A stretch of DNA of 64,000 nt from Mytilus edulis. Taxonomy: Eukaryota. Under the pieces are notes generated by a model, which was not told the origin of the DNA, searched no databases, and saw only the letters and a list, made by a program, of their open reading frames with translations. The stretch spans positions 24,552,001 through 24,616,000 of the forward strand of contig NC_092353.1 in the NCBI RefSeq assembly GCF_963676685.1. Direction: 5' to 3'. Of the stretch, positions 38,839 through 51,874 are shown piece by piece. Each line of letters opens with the position of its first letter. Position 1 is the first letter of the stretch. The translations under genes and the position numbers were made by a program.

Positions 38839-39879
38839 AAGACTGAAATGATTGAAGAAAATACAGCGGAAAAATGTCTGCAAACTGTTAAAACAGACAA
38901 TAGTTTTAAAATGTTTCACCTTTTATCATAAATATGTGATCTTATTATATATGTAATGAAAATTACTACTTTGGTTACATTTTTGAACCGAGTAAACGGA
39001 TTAAAACAGTTGTCTATTTGGATTTAATTACGAGAAAGATGTTACGCTATCCATTATACTGGCATCAAAGAGTCATCAATTACAGGAAGTGGGTAGCAGG
39101 CCTTTGCTCACTACCACTGATTTTTTAATGAGGTTTCATTTGTGCTAGTATTTAGCTGTTTCAGATGTCAGAACAGGAATCATTACATACCATTCCTAGT
39201 TATGAAATATAACTTAACACAGGCAATCGATTGTATTGTTTGTAATAGCTATATATAATTATTGAGTCCATTATAACAGTGGAAAAATTATAAACTGGTC
39301 TTTTATCTGTTTATATAACACAGGTAATTATATATGCCATCATTGTAATTGTACTAGATTATAATGAAATATATAATGTCTCAAAATTTGGATAAAAAGT
39401 CTTCTTGATCATCTTTTTCGTCATCATTGCTCTGAGGCAATAAAAGTTATATACATGTATGTTTGACAAGTTATGTAATTATACCTCAGTATGTTTTTTC
39501 TACACAAAAAGTAACGGAATAGTTGTGCTATTTCATTCCACAGACTATATGCCAGTCAATAGTTTCGAAGACTATTACCCCGGTTAATAGTTCCATCAAC
39601 ATATTTCCCGTACTTTTTCATACTTATTTTTTATTGGACAATAATGACGTCATAAACTTTTCTAAAATATTTGCGCTCGGCAACGTCTTTATTGTTAATA
39701 TAAGTGATGAAATTTTCATACGCAATCATTAATTATTATTCGATTTGTAGGGTTAAAACAACGAGTTGGCAGCTGGTAACTATTTCCTTCATACATTTTG
39801 TATATTAAAGTTATAGTAAATGAAAAGGAATTTTCATGAGTTATGTCATATACCCTGAATTTGACTCTTAGGATATAAA

Positions 39880-42445
39880 TGTTCAGTGTTGTTAATCTTC
39901 TCAAATGGTAGCACTGTTTCGCTGCATCCAAATATAGATATACATGATTTTATAAGTATTCCTAGATGTGTATTCGAGGTAGACCATTATATTATAGGTG
40001 ATGCACAGAAAGGTGCAGAATTAATGAAACCTAGATTACTCTTAATAATAAAATTAGCTGTGACAGGCTGTGTATATATAGTTCAAACTCCACAACTGAG
40101 ATAATTGTCCTTTTTCGTGCAATCTTGACTCACAGTTTGCTAATACATTAAATTTTCCAGGAAGAAATATTGCTTGAACGGTGAAATTAAAAGTCGCTTG
40201 TAACCAAAAAAGTTGTCGCAATAAATTCATAACATATGATGATTTGCATGTGGCTTTGTTTATTACAGAACGTGCTGTCATATTATCGGTGAATACCATG
40301 ATAAGTTGTCTCGTAGCTGTTCGTGCCAATGAAAAAAGGCCAAAATAAGCGTAATTGTCACTTTGATGTAGATATGAAAATCTGCAACTGTTAACATGTC
40401 AATTTTCCAATTACTATAAATGTAATCACTGTTAAAGAAAGCAGCTCCATCACAATTGCACGCATCTGTTTGAATGTTGGTTATTGGTTTGTTGTTTATA
40501 AAATTCACGTATAAATCAAATCCACCAATTTAAGTATTTTTGAAAATCATCTGACAAGATAACTTTATGTTGGCTTCCTTTCAAAAAATGCTTGAGGTCT
40601 AGTAGACGCCTAAGACAAGTGCGACCCCCTTTATAACCTGTTTTTTGCTAGCCCTATGTTTATATTTAGAATCACATAACAAATTAAAAAATTCTGTAAA
40701 TATATCACCAGGTAAACTCAGTGTTAGCTTACATTTACATGTATCTATCAAAATACCTAAATATATTAAACGCTGTGAAGGTCCTTCAACTTTATTCCAA
40801 TTAATGTAAAAACCTAATTTACGCAATAGCTTAATCGAACAAGTTAGAGCAGCAGAGCATCTATCATAAGTAGACTCTATAATCAAAAAATCATCTAAAT
40901 ATGTTATCACACAAAAAAATATAGTTAGATTTCATAATTCTACACATAGCACTACTAAGTCTCTGAAAAATACCTGGGCTTTGGTCTGCTCTTAAAGGTA
41001 ACTAAGTGTCATAGAAAATTGTATCCTGATTATCACCTTGAAATCTCCAGTGTAACCCAGAATAAGGGTAATTAGAAGAATGCACTTTCACACTTCTACA
41101 TGTATATATGCATTTGACAAATCTACTTTTGCAAGGAAATCACCTTGATAAATAATTTTACATGCATCTTTGAAGTCCATATATTTACATGATGTATCAC
41201 TTGCATAATAGTGTATATCGCCAACCTCTGGTAAACTTGCATCATGAATCAATCTTACTGAACCGTTAGATTTTTGTATTGCACCAACAGCACAAGTTTC
41301 GGAGTTTTATCTCATTGCACAAAATATGATATGGCAGTAATTCGGTCCATGTGTGTGGGTCTAATAACCCATAGTTCCTTCCTTTTTTTGAACCATGCAT
41401 ATTGAACTCTGGTTGAGATGACGGTTGTTTGGAAACACTGTTGGCTTGACGATATTGAAATGCAGTTGAGTGCTGAGAAGCATTGTGATTTTTAGCATAA
41501 CATATTGCATAGTGATGTGCCAATTTACAGTCCTTTCGATAACAATCACGTGTGCTAAATCTCCTGCAAATAGTGCGACCATCAGGAAGAAAGGGTCCTT
41601 TCCACTTTTTGTTGTAACTATTAAAGCCTGGATTTTGATCCTTATGATTAGCATTGTTTGCACTACGTGGCACATTTTGGATATTTGAATAGCCTTTGCT
41701 GAAGCACTATCTGGTTTCTGAACAAGGTTAAACTCCCTTAGATTAGATATATAAGTACCCCATTTGAATACTTCAAGTGCCAGGCGGTCCCTGTACTCCA
41801 TATCATAAAATAAAACACTAGCACAAACATTGTTAGCTGGTAACCGAAAAAAAAGATTGTATGTAACAGATAGTCTGGCAGTTCCCCATGTAATAAATCC
41901 CCACTACGAAGCATGTCATTCGTGATCTCAATACTAGCATAACCATATTGTTCAATGGAGACCTGACCAAGTCTCAAATTCTTTGTTAACCATTGTTAAC
42001 CAATCCGTACGAATTTGGTTACCATTGCCAATGTCAATTACGTGCCTGCTGTCTAAGAAGTCTAGGGGATTTGGCCTAACAAAGTCTGTTATCTTATGGG
42101 CTTTCTTAACTCTTACACCCGATTTGGCAGTTGTGAGTGATTTATATGTTCTTGGACTTGATCTACCACATCAGAAGATGGCGAGGTAACTGTACGTTTC
42201 CAGTCGAAGACGTTCAATTTCTTATTCAAGTGAATCATATTTTGACTGTAAATCTTTTAACATTTTGGCAATAGCCTTTTCTGGACCATGCTCTTTTACA
42301 GTTGGCGATCCCTGCCGTTGGTGACTGAACCTGCCTCTGGCAATGGGCTAGAAATTACCCTTTCTGCAACAGAGGGGGCCTTCAATGATGCTATGACAGT
42401 ATCTAGAAGATCGCCTGCTATTGCCTTACTGCTTTTTCTTAACAT
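39880..42445 (-). pseudogene. Decayed DIRS/Ngaro-type retrotransposon (gag-like, RT, RNase H); tyrosine recombinase not recognisable
   Basis: Gag-like fragments EYRDRLALEVFKWG and ICRRF..RDC..KDCKLAH. RT motifs GSVRLIHDAS, FLAKVDLSNAY and ITYLDDFLII...LRKLGFYINWNKVEGPSQRLIYLGILID. DIRS-type RNase H IQTDAC...FTDN...QAIFLPGKFNVLAN..SR. Many stops and frameshifts. Confidence 0.85.
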
Positions 42446-44085
42446 TTTTTATTTTAAATTGTCAGAATGCAAAAATTGCGCTATGCGACTGTTTTATATC
42501 ATTTATTTTTAACTGCATATGCCGCTTACATCATTAATCTAATGGTTTAACTAAATACCAGCTTATAAAAGTTGCAAACAAGAATGGAGTGAGAAGTACC
42601 ATTTTACATCAAAGTCGGTATTCATTGAATCCCTTATATCATCAATAATGACAAACAAAAATGTAATTTTAACAAGTTAGCATCTAGTGTGACCAGTTTT
42701 GAATTCTGCCATTAAATATAGTCGACACATAGTTGTATAAGTAGCAATCAATTCGCGCAGTTTTCAGCAATCACAGTTGCTACACTAAATACGCACGTAC
42801 ACATTAACCTTATGATTGCGACAAAAATGTTTAAAAAATGTTATAGCACATAAAACAATTCGATATTCTACTTACAATACTTTCTAAAGGATTGATTTCA
42901 AATAACAGTAAACATAGAGATGTCGCCATTTAATACTATAATTGAAACTAATCTTTAAATGAACATAGCAAATAGTTAACGCATATTTATATAGTGAAGA
43001 GATATGTTTTCTCCTTATGTTTTTTAAATCAACATTTACACCTTTAATCTTAGAGACGAAGTGTTATACAACCAATGGTTCTGTCTCTTATAATGTATGC
43101 TAAGTTTTAAGACAGGAACTATCCAATCTTAATAGATCAGTCAAAGTTTGAGTTTGGTTTGAGATTATAATCTGAGAGAATAATATACTCAAATGACGCA
43201 ACAACCGAACGATATCAATTAACAAAAGACATGTATGTTCATACTTTTACTTTGACGGGGGAAGTTGGTGTGGGAACAATAAATGTAAGATTGTGATCTC
43301 CCAAAATTGGTGTTATGGATATGTTCAATGCGTTCCTAAAAATAAAATAAGAATTAGGTCTTTCCTGAAACTTGTCTTTGTAGATTCTGTTTATTTGAAG
43401 AGTATGTACATCTGTGAAACTATTACTATTTGACTGATTGAGATGTACATGGAGAAGGGTTTTGTATTCTACCATAACTTTAAGTGTCTGTTTCAAGTCA
43501 GAAAACTTAACGATGGTTGTCTAATTCACCGTTTTGAAATTTGAGGTTGATGGAAGATTTTGATATATATAGTCATAATATTTCAAGACTTTAGACTCGT
43601 GGATAGTTATAGCGGGACAGGAAATGTTTGCCCTTTTGAAGCACTTTTGATTGCATCCAATTTTGTTCGATTTTTGGCTCCATTTTTTTCTGTTAAGCGA
43701 CCTTGAGACTGTACTCACTAGTTTCTCTTTACAACTTTTTCTTTTATATAAGACATTGTCTCTTTTTTCGATAAGTGTTGTTTATTTGAAATCTTCTTAC
43801 TCTTCCTGTTATTATTTTATAATCGCCGTCATTGATGTACACGCATCTCTTCTTTTCCTCAATGGAGATACGTAAGTTCACTATATACTAGGTTCTAGTC
43901 ATCACATTTGCAACTTTCTAAGTACGTTTCCAGACAAAATTGTGTTTATAGAACATGCGGGTTTTTTGCAGGATAAATTGGATGTGCACAATTTAACAGA
44001 GAAATGATTTAAAGAAGTTGCTTACTTTTCACTATATTCACAATTCCAGAGGACTGAAAAAGAAAAAAGACCATTAAACTGTTAA

Positions 44086-44470
44086 GGATGTTCGCTACTC
44101 TGTTTAAAAATAACAAGCTTTTTAAAAGACTGTTATGGATTGATAGTATTAAAGACAGAAACTAAAAAAGAAGAAAAAATGGAGGGTCCGTGTGCTTGTT
44201 TTCGAGATATAAGCCATTGAAAGTTTGGCAGGAAATAATTCTCTCTAGATTTTTCTTACATTTATCATTAGCACTTTTTTGTTTAAAAAACTATGAAAAA
44301 ATAACAAGGATTTTTAAAGATTTTGAAATATGGCTTTTTAAACTTTATGTAATAAAATTATGAAAAGAAAAATAGGGGTTAGTGGGCATTTTTTTAAAGG
44401 CAATACATGGATAAAACCAGAGGATTCCGAAAATCTGACAAAAATTCATGAAATAGAGAAGCAAACATCC
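44086..44470. mobile_element. TTAA-flanked MITE (Kolobok-like)
   Basis: TIR ggatgttcgctactc / gagaagcaaacatcc, with TTAA at 44082-44085 and 44471-44474. Confidence 0.75.
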
Positions 44471-44977
44471 TTAACAGCTGTAAATAGTGATAAAAGGTAA
44501 AATAACAATAATACCGAACTCCGAGAAAAATTCAAAACGGAAAGTTCGTAATCAAATGGCAAAATCATAAGCACAAACACACCAAAACAAATGGATAACA
44601 ACTGTCCTATTTCTGACTTAGTACAGACATTTTCCTATGAAGAAAATTGTGAATAAATCCTGGTTTTATAGCTAGCTAAATCTGTCACTTGTATGACAGT
44701 CGCATCAAATTCTTTTGTATTGACGACGATGTGTGAATAACACATATAGACACAATAGATAAAAATGTCAAAAATAGGGCACAGCAGTCAACATTGTGCT
44801 TTAATAGTTAATCACAATTAAGAACACAAAAGGCATATACTTTCTATGTTGTGATGTTACACTATTGTTCCAGGTAAGGGTGAAGGTTGGAACATATTAA
44901 AACGCTCCTAAGTCGGGAACCTGATGTTCAGTGGTTGATGTGGTCCATAAATGTTTCTCGTTTTTGTATAGATTAGA

Positions 44978-45519
44978 CTGACATAAACAAGATGCTTGAT
45001 TTCTTGATTGACAACATATTTGTTACGTTCGGAGAACGTGTTTTTCAAACAGACTATCGGCATTCCAATGGGAACGAATTGTGCCCCTCTTCTTGTCGAC
45101 TTGTTTCTTTATTTTTATGAGACTGACTTCATACAGGAAATTCTTAGGAAGAAAGATAAGAAGTTAGCAATATCCTTTAACTCTACGTTCCGCTATATAG
45201 ATGATGTTCTTTCACTAAATAATTCAAAAATTTGGTGACTTTGTCGAACGCATCTATCCCAAATCAACTAGAGATAAAGGATACAACAGTTACAGTTAAG
45301 TCGGCCTCATATCTTGACGTACATCTAGAAATTGACAATGAGGGTCGATTGAAAACAAAACTTTACGACAAAAGAGATGATTTGAGCTTTCCAATTGTGA
45401 ACTTTCCATTTCTAAGTAGCAACATTCCAGCAGCACCTGCATACGGTGTATATATCTCCCAATTGATACGATATTCCCGTACTTGCATTTCATATCATGA
45501 TTTTCTTGATAGAGGGTTG
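44978..45519 (+). pseudogene. PLE (Naiad-like, family A) reverse transcriptase, 5' half of a split, 5'-truncated copy
   Basis: MLDFLIDNIFV...QTIGIPMGTNCAPLLVDLFL...FRYIDDVL...SYLDV...KLYDKRDD..FPIVNFPFLSSNIP..PAYGVYISQLIRYSR...FLDRGL, frameshifted. Confidence 0.85.
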
Positions 45520-48500
45520 CAGGGGTCGAATCTAAGTGTTTTGTGTACTGGCCAGTTGGACCAGTGGTCTGAAAATCTACTGATCCGGCTCCAAATTTAC
45601 TAGTCCAGCAATAATGACATTCATTTGTCAAACATTAATATAAATGATAGATGTTTACTTTTATTTCCATGCATTCTTTTTCATATGTTAAAAAAGAGAG
45701 TCTTGATCCTGATTTTAATCTTTATCAAAATAAGTATCAAGGACAGACAAAATGTCAACATTGCCTTCCACTTCATCACAATCTTCACGACGATCATAGG
45801 ATGCCTAACTGGGTCGTGTAAAGCGCTGTCCAGAAATGTTTCTCATTGCAATAGCCGGGATCGGATCAAAAGATGCTATATCTTGTTCCCAAAATTTTGA
45901 AAGTAACGTTTCCTTTATTCAATTCATCAACTTTTTTCCGATCTTCCTATTGAATGTCACTTATATTTTTTCAAGAACTCCTTCTAAAAGTTTACACATT
46001 TTGTGTTGTTGTGAAGGACGCTCACCCTGAGATATTTTAATAAACTTGATTAATTGGAATATTTAGTACCCACTAGTACCGGGTAATTGATTTCGCAGGT
46101 AAAGGAGTAGGTCCGGTAAGGGTCGATTTTCGCCTCAAGTTTCAGGTTCATCTGACGAAAGATTTTGGACACTTTATAAACACTTATGCGTCTATTTTAG
46201 TGGATTCAATAAGTTACTGTGAAAGAGTTTAACTGATTTAGTCATTAAAAACGCTCCGATTCAAGCTAAAATATGAAAAATCTATTAAATATGCCCCAAA
46301 ATGTCACTTTTTAGATGTTTTTTTTGTCAAAAATGAAAGTGGCCGCATCCGTGTTCATCCTCAACCTTTATATATGTTATGTATTATCATCAAATTTAGT
46401 GGTTGTCATTTGTTTATGTGTTACATATTTGTTTTTCGTTCACTTTTTTATACAAATAAGGCCGTTAGTTTTCTTGTTTGAATTGTTTTACATTGTCATA
46501 TTGGGGCCCTTTATGGCTGACTATGTGTTATGGGCTTTGCTCATTGTTGAAGTTCGTACTGTGACCTATAGCTGTTAATGTCTGCATACCTGTCAACCTG
46601 TGACAATGAAAAGGGAAACATGTCCACATGGTTAAGTAATTTAAAACTGTTTTAGTTATTATTGCATTACACTTAAAGCTTTTGATAAATTGTGAAACAC
46701 TGCCTTAATTCCATTTCTTATTGATACATTTCATACAACGTACTACAATTGGTTTTCTAATTTATAGGCAGGGTAACATCTTTACCATCTAATATCTCTC
46801 CTCAGGTTATATTCTACAATTCACGCCTGGTAAACCATCTAATCTCAACCAAATGGTTGAGACGGAAAAAAGTATTCTGGCACTTCCTGTTGAGCTTGTC
46901 TGGTTCAAAATATTCAAAATAAACACAGGGTAGGTAGAATTTTCGTCGATTATTGAAAATCAATGACTTTTTTGTAAAATCGGAGAATGTCAGGCCATAG
47001 ATAAATAATAATTGTAACTAATATGTCTCTTCTTGGTTTAAAATATTTTAAATTGAAGTCACAATCACTTTTCTCCTACGGATTATAATGTTTACATTCT
47101 TTAAATCCGATAGAACGGCTATGATATTAATGACTTAGCAAGAAAATATGTCAATTATTTGTGTTTTTTTAAGGCTTTACGATAACCACGTCTGTAAATT
47201 GCACAAATATTTCTTTGTCAAGCCTACTCTGAGCAGAAAAATAAAAAAATATAAATGGTTGAGATATAAAGGTATTGGTTGAGTCTTTCTGTCACAATGT
47301 TGAGACTTTCTGGTTGCGCTGTACTATTCGAGTTTACCTTTTTTTACGGTTAACCTGATTCATGTTTTTTGTCAGTGGTAACATAAAAATCTAAATACAG
47401 ATACAATTTTAAGCATTGCCGATAGAAACATGCATGCCTTACAAATATAAATAAGATTATTTTACAATGGTTATTTATTAATATGATTTGGATGAATTCG
47501 ATTCCTAACAGACATTATTTAATGCCGAAAATGCATACATTTATAAAGAAATAAAATAGTTAAAAACTAAACAATCGAACAGGACCCCTTGTCTAGGTTT
47601 ATTTTTTCGTACACATTATTTCAGGTGGTGATAATTTAAATGTGAGTAAAAGATGTCATTTTTGTCATTACAATAGTTATCACAAAAAAAATATGATTCG
47701 ATTTTAAAATTGCTTTGTAAGTATTATAAGTGACGTCCAACTTAGTGTAATCACAGATGTTGTATTGAAATAATTAAAACTTAGATGTTTGTTCACAATT
47801 GCATTCAGGGCACATCCTTAATATTTGGTAGTATTCAGCAACATTTATATTATAACCCGGGCCCCGTCACACTAGGCCGTGATCGCACTACGATGGGCTT
47901 ACGATCTCTAAAATAATGCCGTATTGACGATCGTAGTCCAGTATGGTCGTGTTACGGTCTTGATGAGGTCTTGGTGATCGTGTTGAGAGTAGCAAACTTT
48001 AAAAATGTTCAAAACAATCGTGATGCGTTCGTGGCGAAATCAGGTCGCAGTTCTGTTCTAGTCGTAGATTTTTTTAGCCGTGGAACTGTCAGGATCAGTT
48101 CCAGGTTGAAGTGTGTAAATCAGTTCTAGGGAGAACTTACCAATGACCAAATCAGTTCTTGGTTAGAACTGTTCTAGCTAGAACTGTCTTAAAAGTGTCA
48201 GGAGATAGTTCCACATAACTTATGATGAAATGAATGAATTTAATGATTATCCATTTCTGAATATTAATTCAGTTTTCGTTTTAAATATTTTAAAACTGGA
48301 TTCGACGTAGCTAAATTGTGGGAGATAGTTAGTTTGAACTCTGGCCTGGTCAACTTAAATTCTAAAAAACAAAATTGTGTGTGTCTATGCTAAGCATGCG
48401 ATATCTGCTAAAAACTGTGATCACACCTTACCAGATAGCTCGAACGAACGCCGAAAGAATAAACAAAAGTTTTTCATTTACAAAATTTGCATCCGTTAGG

Positions 48501-50869
48501 AGTCCGCGATGTAATGACCAAATAAAACGGACGTGTAATATGCCGAAAAATGGGGTGGAAGAGGAATAAGAAAAACAAATGTCAGATTAAAAAGCCAATA
48601 ATTTTGCCTGATCATGATTAAGAAGTTGAGCCAAAAATATTCATGATACTAAAGAAAACTAACATACCAATAATTGCTTTTTCTTACGCGTTTTGTTTTC
48701 AATTTTTATGTATCCGTTTTATTATCAATGTTCTTTCTGTGGTACGATTGCCAATGATACAACTCTCCACAAGAGACCAAAATGACACATAAAGTAACAA
48801 CTCAGTAGAGGTCGCCGTACGGCCTTCAAATATAAGCAAAGCCCATACTGCATAGACAGCTATAAAAGACCCCGAAATGACAATGTAAAACAATTGTAAC
48901 GAGAAAACTAACGGCCTTATTAATATAAAATAAAATGAACGAAAAACAAATATGTTACACATAAATAAATAAATAAATTCTAGCCATGGAGATGTCAATT
49001 ACAACATTATTGACGTTAAAGCTTCTGTGCAAAACTGCATCTCAATCGCTAGACTTAAAATCTCCAGCGTTAGAACTTTAATACTAGTACTTAAAAAAAC
49101 ACAGCTATTTACTATTTAGACTCTATTACAACCAAAGTCCTCTTTAGAAGCTGCTGTGATAACTACAAACAAGATTAAAATGACTGTTGAAATGTCAAAC
49201 AATATACGGCAAGTTTATGAAATTTGACAGTTGTATATGTAATTGATACTAAGCTACACAAGGTCATGTTTTTCTCTTACTGTTTATGACGTCTTTACAC
49301 TAAATTCATTGGATGTTTGTCATGATGTTCAAGAACCCGGTTTATGTGTTACATATTGAATCATATTTGTTTTTCGTTAATTTGTTGTTTTTTTTTATAT
49401 ATATATAAATAAGGCCTTTAGTTTTCTCGTTTAAATTGTTTTACATTGTCATATCGGGGCCTTTTGTAGCTGACTATGCGGTATGGGCTTTGTTCATTGT
49501 TGAAGACCGTACGGTGACCTATAGTTGTTAATGTCTGTGTCATGTTGGTCTCTTGTGGACAGTTGTCCCATTGGCAGTCATACCACATCTTCTTTTTTAT
49601 AGTTGAAAATTTCATTCACCAGAATATCTCAACATTGTTCCAGAATATCTCAACCGATACCAGAAAATCTCAACATGACATACTTTATAACATATGTGAT
49701 GATTTTGTATCTGTGGTTAAATTGTTTACATTGATTACAGTTCGGCAGAAGCCATATTTTATGCATTGTGTATATACTTTAATAAAACATAGAAAAGAGT
49801 AAGATGTTTCGCGGGTAAACTTTGGGTCAGGTCAAATGTGAAGGGGTGTTCCAAAGGAAACTCAGATACGAGTAACGAGACACTTTGGTAGAACACCCCT
49901 CCTTCAAGAATGGTACAGCTCCCATCGGGGTATATAAGCAGGAGAGAATCCTAGCTCAGGGTCGATTGTCATAAGTCTTCGGAGACATAAGACCAAGCTA
50001 CGGTACGTCGATATTCGAGATCGCTGTCTCGTATATATAAGATATTATAGATAATATTACTAAGTGTAATAAAGAACAGGTCGGTGCCTGTTATAAATAC
50101 GGACTTGTGCATTTACAAGCTGAACCGTATTGTACCGTATAGGACAAGTGTGAGTCTGTGTGACCACCTTGTAAAGTACATAATTGTACCAACGGAACAA
50201 AGACAAGTGTGTAAACTTGTAGGGTACATTATTGTACCAGGAGGACAAGTTTGTTCCTGACCCAGGACAAAATTGTAAGAGAGTACAAATTTGTACCAGT
50301 GTATATATTTTGAGTAGAGTATTAATAGATAGTTTATTAAATATTGCAAAGAGCAGTTGTACATATTTTGGTTCATTGACGTTAATATTTGAATAAAGAT
50401 TATTTGTTATATGTTTTGTAAAAAGAGCAATTTTGGATCCAGTATCAAACTGGTAACGGACACATTCTAAAATAGAAACAGACACGCTTACCCTGTGTAC
50501 ACGTTACATAATTTGGTGGTTAGCGCTGGGATCCAAATAGTTCATTTTTAAATCCATAGTGAAAGATTATATATCCAAATTTGATCATCTTATAAACTTA
50601 TACCCAAACTGTCTTGTGAGAATTTACTGTTCACTTTTGCACAGATCGTTTTTGTCCAAACTGTTCACTTTTGCACAGATCAAAATTGTCCTGTTAACGT
50701 TTTAAATTTCCCACGGTTAAGTTACGATTATTATTTACATTAGGGATTAACAAGCGATAGTGGTGCAGGCAATTTTTTGATTGACATTTATTACGTTGTA
50801 CATTTATGACATTGTGTTGATATTATTATATTGTGAATGCATAGTTATATCGCAAATTAAAGTACAAAA

Positions 50870-51874
50870 ATGTCTTTTGATGACGAATTGACAAAACAAA
50901 TTGAAGGTATGGAAGAGACAAGGTATAGACACAGTTTTGTTTCGTCTACACCTAAAGATCAGGGTGTTCGTCCAAAAGATACTTTTATAAAAAGAAATGA
51001 TTCGGGTCTGGAATCAAGAGGGTCCTTATTGTCAAGAAAGGGAGATAATGTGAAAGTTGATTTACCAACATTCAACAACCCGAATACGCACAAAACTGTA
51101 AAATTTTCCCAAATTGATTTAAAGGAAGGGGATACTTTGCCTTTACCCATAGATAATAGTTACATTAGGGAAATAGACAAAACTGACAAATCAAAGTACC
51201 GACATACTGGTAACACAGATAATTCTGGTGTAAAAATTAAACCATGTCACTATAACGGTAGCACATCATGGATGGACTATTTGTCCCATTTTGAAATGTG
51301 TGCACTTGTAAATAATTGGTCGGAAAACCAAAAAGGATTATATTTGGCGGTATCGTTAATGGGACAAGCACAAGCTGTACTTGGAGATTTACCAAGTGAG
51401 AAAAGACAAAACTTTTCCGATTTAGTCAGCGCACTTGAAGAGCGATTCGCACCTTCTAGTCAAACTGAGTTATATAGAGTTCAATTTAAAGAGAGACGTC
51501 AGAGAGCCAGCGAATCACTTCCCGAATTGGGTCAGTCAATTCGAAGATTGTCCAACTTAGCATATCCTACTGCCCCATTGGACGTACGTGAAACTCTCGG
51601 AAAAGAGCAGTTTATTGACGCGCTCGTTGATTCGGAAATGCGACTCAGCATAAAACAATCGCGACCGAAAGGTTTAAATGATGCCGTAAGACTTGCTGTT
51701 GAATTAGAGGCGTACAATAAAGCCGAAAATAAAGTAAGAGAGGGACGAGGTTATTTACGGCAGACTATGAATGATGACGAGTTCGATAGGGAAGAAAAGA
51801 TTACAAAAAGTGACTCACCTACATTTGTACGAACGACATTGCATCATGGATGCAAACAATGGAGAAAAGTCTAA
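50870..51874 (+). CDS. Gypsy Gag (capsid-like part)
   Basis: YNGSTSWMDYLSHFEMCALVNNW...LAVSLMGQA...RRQRASESL.ELGQSIRRL..LAYP...EQFIDAL. Confidence 0.85.
   Translation: MSFDDELTKQIEGMEETRYRHSFVSSTPKDQGVRPKDTFIKRNDSGLESRGSLLSRKGDNVKVDLPTFNNPNTHKTVKFSQIDLKEGDTLPLPIDNSYIREIDKTDKSKYRHTGNTDNSGVKIKPCHYNGSTSWMDYLSHFEMCALVNNWSENQKGLYLAVSLMGQAQAVLGDLPSEKRQNFSDLVSALEERFAPSSQTELYRVQFKERRQRASESLPELGQSIRRLSNLAYPTAPLDVRETLGKEQFIDALVDSEMRLSIKQSRPKGLNDAVRLAVELEAYNKAENKVREGRGYLRQTMNDDEFDREEKITKSDSPTFVRTTLHHGCKQWRKV

Noticed and set aside
43239-43875. Cluster of 65-85 aa ORFs that might be a third gene
   Set aside because: No recognisable motif, stops in the extended frames and no coherent splice pattern. Could be decayed coding sequence but is unsupported.
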